This document shows positions 48,401 through 57,400 of a stretch of DNA of 64,000 nt, piece by piece. The stretch is from positions 6,088,044-6,152,043 of the forward strand of contig NC_057752.1 of assembly GCF_004010195.1 (NCBI RefSeq), given 5' to 3'. The position numbers and the translations under genes are program-made. Under the pieces are notes generated by a model. That model was not told the origin of the DNA. It did no database searches and saw nothing but the letters and a program-made list of their open reading frames with translations. The stretch comes from Chiloscyllium plagiosum. Taxonomy: Eukaryota. Each line of letters starts with the position of its first letter. The stretch's first letter is position 1.

Positions 48401-51400
48401 TGGATGTGTTGTCTCAGTCGAAGTGGTGTCCTTCCTTATCTGTATGTAAGTGAGAGTGGGACATGTCTTTTTGTGGCTAGTTGATGTTCATCTATCCTGG
48501 TGGCTAGTTTTCTGCCTGTTTGTTCAATGTAGTGTTTGTTACAGTCCTTGCAAGGTATTTTGTAAATTCTGAGCAAAAAACCCAAACAAGCAGACAAAAC
48601 ACATCCTGAAACCCTAGCCAGTCTCCCTACATCAAAGACATCTCGGAAATGACTGCCAGACTAGTCAGACTCCATGGCATCATGGTAGCCCACAAACCCA
48701 CCAACACATGAAGACAGCAGTTAATGAACTTGAAAGACCCTATACAGACAACAACAAAACTAATGTCATTTACAAAATACCGTGCAAGAACTGCAACAAA
48801 CACTACATTGGACAAACAGGCAGAAAACTAGCCACCAGGATACATGAACACCAACTAGCCACAAAATGACATGACCCAGTCTCACTAGTATCCTTACATA
48901 CGGATGAGGAAGGACACCACCTTAACTGGGACAACACATCCATCCTAGGACAAGCCACACAGAGGCATGATTGAGAATTCCTAGAAGGATGGCATTCCAA
49001 CTGGAACTCTGTCAACAAACACATTGACTTGGATCCCATTTACCGCCCCCTGAGAAAAAGAACAGGAAACGACATCACCATGGGAAATGACGTCACCATA
49101 AGAAATGGCATCGCCAACCCAAGGAAACCCAAATGCACAAATAGAAAGCGGGCCATACCACGAGTGCTTCATCTGGAGGCCCACTGATAATGTTACCTAG
49201 TATAGCGATGAAACATCTGAAAACGAACCTTCCAGCTCAGCGAGCAAACCTACATCCAGATTCAGAAGCATTTTGTACTAAAATAAAACACTGTGGATTA
49301 AACTCAAGATAAAGACAGAAAATGATGGATAAATTCAGCAGGTCGGGCAACAACTGTGGAGAGAGAAACTAAGTTAACATTTCAGATCCATGGCCCTTCA
49401 TCAGAACTGGGAAAAGTTCCAGGTTGTGACAGGATTTGAGGAAGTGAAAAAGAGGGAGGGTGGAAAGAAGAATAAAAGGGAAGGTCAGTGAGCAGTTGAA
49501 GGGCAGGAGACGTTAAATAACAAAAGGTTTCATGCTGGCAAGGCCAAAGAGAATGGGAATGAGACAACTAAAATTATGAAAGCTGTTTCCAGAGGTGTGA
49601 ATGCCAAGACAGCAGCTGTCTAAGTACAAATTAAGGGAATAAGACACAAAACCGAGCACTCGTCCCCAGTCATGTCTCTGTTTGTGTGTGTGTGTATGTT
49701 TGCGCTTGTGTGTGTGTGTATTGATGAGGATCATTACATGAGGGCAGCAGCAACTCCTCCACAGTTGACACTTGAATAACTTCTTAGAAAAGACACACTG
49801 GCTGGAATTGGACCCCACTGGGAATTTGCTCCGTGTGTGTGTGTGTGTGTGTGTTGGTGGACTGCAGGGCAAAATTGATAGAGAATAGTATTTGATGAAG
49901 AGCAGGCTTTGAATGACATCTATCACTGCACTGGCATCTACAAGACAATATGCACAACAGTTACATACATACCCTTGAAGGCTTAGAAAGTGTATTTTTA
50001 AATTTAGAATTAGGAATTTGGATTTTCTTGCATTTAAATTCCTCTATTTCCTCACCTCTTCCTGGCTTTGTAATCTCCTCCAGCCCCGCACCTTCTTTGA
50101 CATGTGCATTCATTTAATTCTGGCCTCTTGCACATCCATTACTTCTGTTGCTCTCTCATTGATGGCCGTGCCTTTAGCTGCTTGGGCCCTGTACTCTGGA
50201 ATTCCCTTCCGAAACCCCTTGGCCTTTTTCTCTCTACCCTCCTTTAAGACACTCCTTAAAACCTACCTCTTTGATCAAGCTTTGCAATCTGTCCTAAGAT
50301 CTCCTTGTGTGGCTCGGTGTCAAAGGTTGTCTGATTATCATTTTTGCCAAGTACCTTGGAGAAATCTTATTCCATCAGGAGTGTACAAATGCACATATTT
50401 TTTGGTGTTGGTGAGCAGACAAATTCAGCAGACCATTTATTGCCCTGATGTTGCTGATCCGACCAGTAAGAAAGGGGTGCTTTGGACACCATTGTCAGAG
50501 CCTTGTTTTTTGAGGGGCCTCATGTTGTGCTGATATTGTCTCCATAGGAACCTAGCAGCATGGATGGAGATGACTTTCAGATGAGCTGTGAGAAGCAGGA
50601 TCAAATGAGTGTACTGGGCCTCACACTATCATGTTGTGCTGATATTGTCTCCATAGGAACCTAGCAGCATGGATGGAGATGACTTTCAGATGAGCTGTGA
50701 GAAGCAGGATCAAATGAGTGTACTGGGCCTCACACTATCACTCATTTAATAAGCACTCATTCAATATTCATGGCAACGAAGGTGATTGATGACTGAGAGT
50801 CAGACTGCTACATAAATGTATAAAGTCAGCCTCCAGTATGGCTGCCTGCATGCCAAAATCTGCCTTCTTAGTGTGCTGCCAGGGGAATGCTTCCATCTGC
50901 CACATGTGTAATCCATTCTCTGCTCAACAGATGTTAGATAAGTGGAAGCCAGCTCTCCTATCAAGTTCATTCCACGCAAGTCACATCACCCTTCCCTTTT
51001 TATCCCTGAAAATTTCAAGCCTTTGGTATCTCTTAGGGATGAAAGATGGATATCCAGGCAAGGACATTATTAATTCAGAAAATGGTATGTATCAGTGGAT
51101 CACTGCTCGCTTCCTTTTAAAGTAATGAAAAACACAGCCTGACCTGAAGAATCAACTCTGTTTCTCTTTCCAAAGAGGCTGCCAGACCTGCTGAGGATTT
51201 CCAGCATTCTCGGTTTTCATTTCAGATTTCCAAGTGTTTGCTTTTGCATGAATGCTTGTATCATGCTGTTCTAACCTGACAAATAACCTATTTATTTTAT
51301 GGACCAGCAAATCTGTGAGAATGGGGAGGGAGGGGGACTGTGGGGAATGCTGCACAAAGATGTTAAGCAAGTATCCATTGATACCATGATCAACCATTTC

Positions 51401-54400
51401 AAGGCGACGAGAACAACAGGGGCACTGAAAGGCTTTCATGAGACCAGGGAAACAGAATTATTAGCAGGTTATTCCCACAGATTTGTCACGTCTCACCTTG
51501 AATAGGACATATATTCTTCATAATGAGGAAAAAAAATGCAATAACGTGTTCAAAATCATGAGGTGTCCAGGCAGAAGCAATTGGGAGAAACTGTTCCCAT
51601 TGGTGGAAAGATTGAGAACCAGGAGACATAGATTTAAGGTGATTAGCCAAAGAAGCAATGTCAACATGAGAGAAAAAAAAGACACAGTGAGTGGTTAGGG
51701 TCTGGAATTCACCACCTGAAAGTGTAGTGGAGGCAGATTCAATAAGTGCTTTCAAAAGTGTACCAGATTATTATCTGAAAGAAAATATTTTCAGGACTGT
51801 GTAAAGACAGGGGAGTTATGTTGCTCTTGTACAGATGGCAGGGATACACAGGTTGATTACCTCTTTTGGTGCTGTAAACATTGTATGACTCTTTGACAAA
51901 TGTTTTACCTCCTTGGCTACCAGTCATTTAATACTCTTTACCAAGTATTTCTTAATGTCGCTGGGGCATCACATTATAAACCGCTAGTGATTTTTAGTGG
52001 TTCTGTCAGAAATAACTTAATAGGTTTGGTACATTTTTCACAATTCCACATATTTGTGTGTCTATATATTGAAGGTAGGAAACAAACCTTCAATTGACTG
52101 CTCCATAAAAGGAGTGAGAATACGTCTTGTGATGCAGCAGATAACACCCTGGTTTGAGTCCCACGGCAGGATTTGATGGAACAACGTAAATGTGAGTGTA
52201 ATGAAGCCAACCAGGTTGAATATAGGCTTGTAACTTCTCCGAACACATCCCAATGGCTGGGAGTAAAAGCATGAGAGATTCCTTGTTGTATGGAAAAAAA
52301 TTGGAACCTCTTCCATTCCTATCGTTAGCTCAAGACTACAATAAGCTTGTGAAAGTGTACACTGCCACCACCTGAATGAGAGCTTTTGCTGACAATTCTG
52401 GTGTTGCCATTCAAACCTTCTCTTGTTTCTTGTTCCTGCACTTGCTCAATTGCCACTCCCTTTTGCTTTGCGCATCTTTTCTGTCATTTAATGACAGAAT
52501 GCTATCCATAGGATGCTGTCCATCCTATGACAGACCTTCCCTTTTGTTCCTTTCCCACTCCTCCTTCTCCCTGCCTCCGTACTTGCTCTGAATCTGCTAC
52601 ATCTTTGCCCGGTTTTGATGAAAGGCGATTGCCTAAAATATTACATCTGTTGCGTTCTGCCTTCTAGCTTGACATGCATCCTGTTACCTTACTTAGAAAA
52701 TTTAATTTCACTATTTCCCATCGCTTCTCAATGATGCTATGCCCCCCCATTCAAAAAAGAAGGCACCAAATTCACTGGCATTTCCACGAATGGGCAGGGC
52801 AATAATCCATATTGCCACCTTGACTGACAAACATGGAGTGAAGAGCTTAGAAAGAAGGACCCGCTAAGGGGTAAAAGTGAAAAAAAGGTAGGTGAGGCGA
52901 TTGCAGTTAGTGATGTCAAGCCTGGTTCCAAAGAGTTGTTGGTGGTGGACTGTGGAATTGTTGGTTTTACTTACAGTGTGGAAACAGGCCCTTCAGCCCA
53001 ACAAGTCCACACCGACCCGCACCCACCCAGACCCATTCCCCTACACCTAAGACTACAGGCAATTTAGCATGGCCAATTCACCTAACCTGCACATTTTTGG
53101 ACTGTGGGAGGAAACCCACGCAGACATGGGGAGAATGTGAAAACTCCACACAGACAGTTGCCTGAGGTGGGAATTGAACCCGGGTCTCTGGCGCGGTGAG
53201 GCAGCACTGCTAACCACTGTGCCATCGTTGGTTGTTGAAGGACTGTGGAATTGTTGGTTGTTGAAGGACTGTGGGAGCCACCAGTCCTTTTTTTTAAATT
53301 AGATTCCCTACAGGGTGGAAACTTTAAGTCCTAACAGCCTGGAAAGAATGAGTTGGAATGACGTTGTGAGATACAGAAAAGAAACATCCTGCATAGTCCA
53401 TCCAACTCTGACTGCTGTAACATGTAGGCGAAAATGAGGACTGCAGATGCTGGAGATCAGAGTCAAGATTAGAGTGGTGCTGCAAAAGCACAGCAAGTCA
53501 GGCAGCATCCGAGGAACAGGAAAATCAATGTTTCGGGCAAAAGCCCTTTATCAGGAATGAGGCAGGGAGCCTCTGGGGTGGAGAGATAAATGGGAGGAGG
53601 GTGGGGCTGGGGAGAAGGTAGCTGAGGGTGCAATAGGTGGATGGAGGCGGGGGTAAAGGTGATAGGTCAGAGAGGAGGGTGGAGTAGATAGGTGGGAAGG
53701 AAGATTGACAGGTAGGACAGGTCATGGGGATGGTGCTGAGCTGGAAGGTTGGAACTGGGGTAAGGTGGGGGGAGGGGAAATGAGGAAATTGGTTTAAATC
53801 CACATTGATGCCCTGGGGTTGAAGAGTTCCACGGCGGAAGATGAGGTGTTCTTCCTCCAGGCATCGGGTGGTGAGGGAGTGGCAGTGGCGGAGGCCCAGA
53901 ACCTGCATGTCCTTGGCAGAGTGGGAGGGGGAGCTGAAATGTTCGGCCATGGGGTAGTGGGGTTGATTGGTGCAGGTGTCCCGGAGATGTTCCCTAAAGT
54001 GCTCTGCGAGAAGGTGTCCAGTCTCCCCAATGTAAAGGAGACCACATTGGGAGCAACGGATACAATAAATGACATGTGTGGATGTGCAGATGAAACGTTG
54101 CTGCTGTAACATGTAGCCCAGCAACATGGGCTCCTTCATAGGCACCTTCCAAACTCACGATCTCTACCACCACCAAATATAGGACAGTACGCACGTGGGA
54201 GCATCACCACCACAAGGTTTCCTTCCAAGTCACTCACCATCCTGACTTGGAAATATATCGCCGTTCCTTCAGCATGACCAGGTTAAAATCCTGGGACTCC
54301 CTCCCTAACAGCACTGAAGGTCTACCTACAGGAAAGGTGATTATCTGAAATATTAAGCAGCTCACCACCACCTTCTCAGGGGTAATTTAGAATGGGTAAT

Positions 54401-57400
54401 TAATGCTGCCCTTGCCAATGGTGCCCACATTCTGCGAATAAACAGAATAAATACATTTTCAATTAGGTTTCAAAGTGTACTTCAGTGTGACTGCAAAGAG
54501 CAACATACCTTTCAGTATTAGATGCAGGGCTGCTTGTGCATACAGGGGGTGAAGGTTCAGTTACATTCGATACAGATGTACAGATTTCCATGCCTTCTCG
54601 ATGGTGTTGCCGCTGAACCTCAGGTGTTTCAATTTCCCCAGAACTCTGGGACACAGACGCTTCTTGCCCACGTGATCCTGGATCAGGATTGAATTGGACT
54701 TCTGACAGAGGAGTGAGAACAACATGTATTTAGTGCCTTACTTTTGTTATACCTCTGGCTCAGGTAAATCTTTAGCACTTTCTGATGAACATATATACAA
54801 CCTATACAGCCACTAATGATTTGTAATAACAGAAGCAATATTTTTCTCCATTCTAATGAACTGCTTGACATGATCAAATGTATTTGTTATTTCTTCTTTT
54901 TTATTGTCCTGTCTCGAAGATGGTAATTTTTTTCTTGGGTGATGGCCCTGAAGGGCTCACCTCCATGATATTCTGTAAACATCAGTCATATATTTTAAAG
55001 ACAGTTTTCAACAGCAGCCAGAGGAATGTCATATGACTGCATTAAGTTAATAGCACCAAAATCATTCTTATGTGTCAGGATTTAGCTCACAGTAAATGAT
55101 CACAACTTAAAAACAGATTAAGGCCAAAATTTTACCCCCAGTGGGAGTGGGTTGGCAGACAAGGATGGACCGTAAAATCAGGTGGCAAGGCATGGCAAGG
55201 GCAGATGTTTGCTCATCTCCTTCATCACACAGGAATCCTGCCAGCAACAGAGTAGATGTCAGGTGATCTTCTCCTTCAGGCCAATTAAGATCCTTAAAGG
55301 GGGGTGCCCACACCAAGTGGCAAGGTTACCAAGGATACCCTGCACGCCTGTGAGGAAGTGAGTGTTCCACTTTCTGGTACCCTGTGCTGAACAAATGGCT
55401 ATCCAGTGGAAAGGACCCACACCTGTTTGAACTCCCTCACACCATTCTGCTAGAGTTCGAACTGTCACCAGTTCATCAGCCCTCCCCTCAGGACCTGGCT
55501 GACCAGCTCTGGCAAAGCTACCCCACTCACATCCATATCTGAGCTCAGTGGGGCTGGTTGAAGTCCCAGCAGTTCCATTCCTAGAGGCACTGCTGGGACT
55601 AAAGTGCTGGAGCAGCTATCTGATTAGCTGGCATCTGCATGAGGCCACACAGCAGCAGAAGCCATGACTTCAGGCAACTAATTGCCTGACCACTGTATAA
55701 TCTGGCTGATGCTTCCCAGACCAACAGAAAGGGGCTCATGTTCTACTTTTGAGTCAGTGGGCAAGGACACTACTTCTGCATAAAATCCTGTGGTAGGGTC
55801 ACAGCCCTTGATCAGCAACAATCCTGATGCTTTGATGAATGTACAATAGCCACTAGTAAATTGTTTGTGCCATTGACCATGGTCAGTTGAGCATTTTTGT
55901 TTCAATTGTATATCAGATGATAGTAATTGAGTTGACAGTCACACTGCAGTTGCTACGTGGTGCCACCTAGTGGCCAGAACTTTAACCTACACCATGACAT
56001 CTGGCTGAGCAAAAGAGAATTGGGAGTGAGTTGACACATCAAATAATAACAAATTAATTGTTGTAAAAATATGATCATAAACATTGATGAAGAAGCAGCA
56101 AGATTACAGAACATGAACTGTGGATGACTTTTAATAATAGAGATATAATTTGTTCAAGCTGCAGTGTGTAAAATTTGACTAGACTTGGGTAAAATGTAGC
56201 AAAACAATCTTTAAATAAATGTGGGTTTAAATGCAATATTTTTTCTGACATTTTGTTTGTTCTGCACAATGAGTGAGACCAAAACAATGAGAAGATTGTC
56301 CTTTAATTTGTAGCACCAGTGAAATCTTGTGCTTTTTGATGTTGCATTGTTAAACCAGTGAAGCTGCTAACACTGGGAGTCAAATTGTCCTCAGAGAGTT
56401 CAAGGGTATTGTGAATACAGAAAGATCTTGCTGGCGCTCTGGATATGACTAACATTCTGGCTGTCAGAGGGAATTCTCACATGCTACAAACACAGACACA
56501 CACACACTCACTAGTCTGAAAATAACATTCGAGTACAGATATGTAATTGCAGCTATAAGGCAAAAACAAAATAGGCACCAACGTGGTTGTGAGCTGAGTG
56601 ACCAAAATATTAAGAGTCTAATTTGTGAGGAAAGATTCCGAAGGGCTGGCTTTCTTCGGAAAAGGAAAACCGAGAGATGAAGTTTGCACATCAGGAAGGA
56701 GATTGAAAGAAGTTAATTGGAAAAACTGTCGGCTTTGCCAAAGTACTTGAATACCAGGGAACACCAATGAAAAGTAAGAACATTTGAAACTGATTTTCTA
56801 CCCACTCATCATCAATTTTGGGAAAATTGAGCCCAGGAAAAGTATTCAACGGCAAATTATATTTTTTTATTTACCAAAGGTAGTGACGTGTAGAATAAGT
56901 TCACCAGCAAAGGTTACTGAAGTGCAGCAGAAATGGATTTAAAAACAACTCTGTGTGTTTCTGGTGAGGCAAGGGATTGGATAATATGTTGAGGAGTTCA
57001 GCAGCTGAGGTGAGGTTAACAAAAAGAAACAAACTTGTCGAAAGAAATAGCCTTTCCTGGTTCAAAACAAAACAATCTGACCTTCCAATGCCTCATGGGA
57101 AATGTGTATTTACATTTTATTTTATTTTATTTTGCTGGGTCATATTTTGCAACCCTCAGTTTTCACCCCATGCATCAGGCACAAGTTCGACACTGTCCTC
57201 ACAGTCAACCCAGTATATTGCACTGATTACATTTAATCTTCTAGGATATCAGATGTGAGGAATTTCCAGTCACTTCAGAATCTAATTTGTCAGCTTGAGA
57301 TCCTCAAGAAGCCTTTGGGAGGCAGTGCAAAGAAGGTTCACTCAACTGATACCAGGTGTAGAGGGTGGCTTATGAGGAGATGTGCAGGATAGGTTAATTG

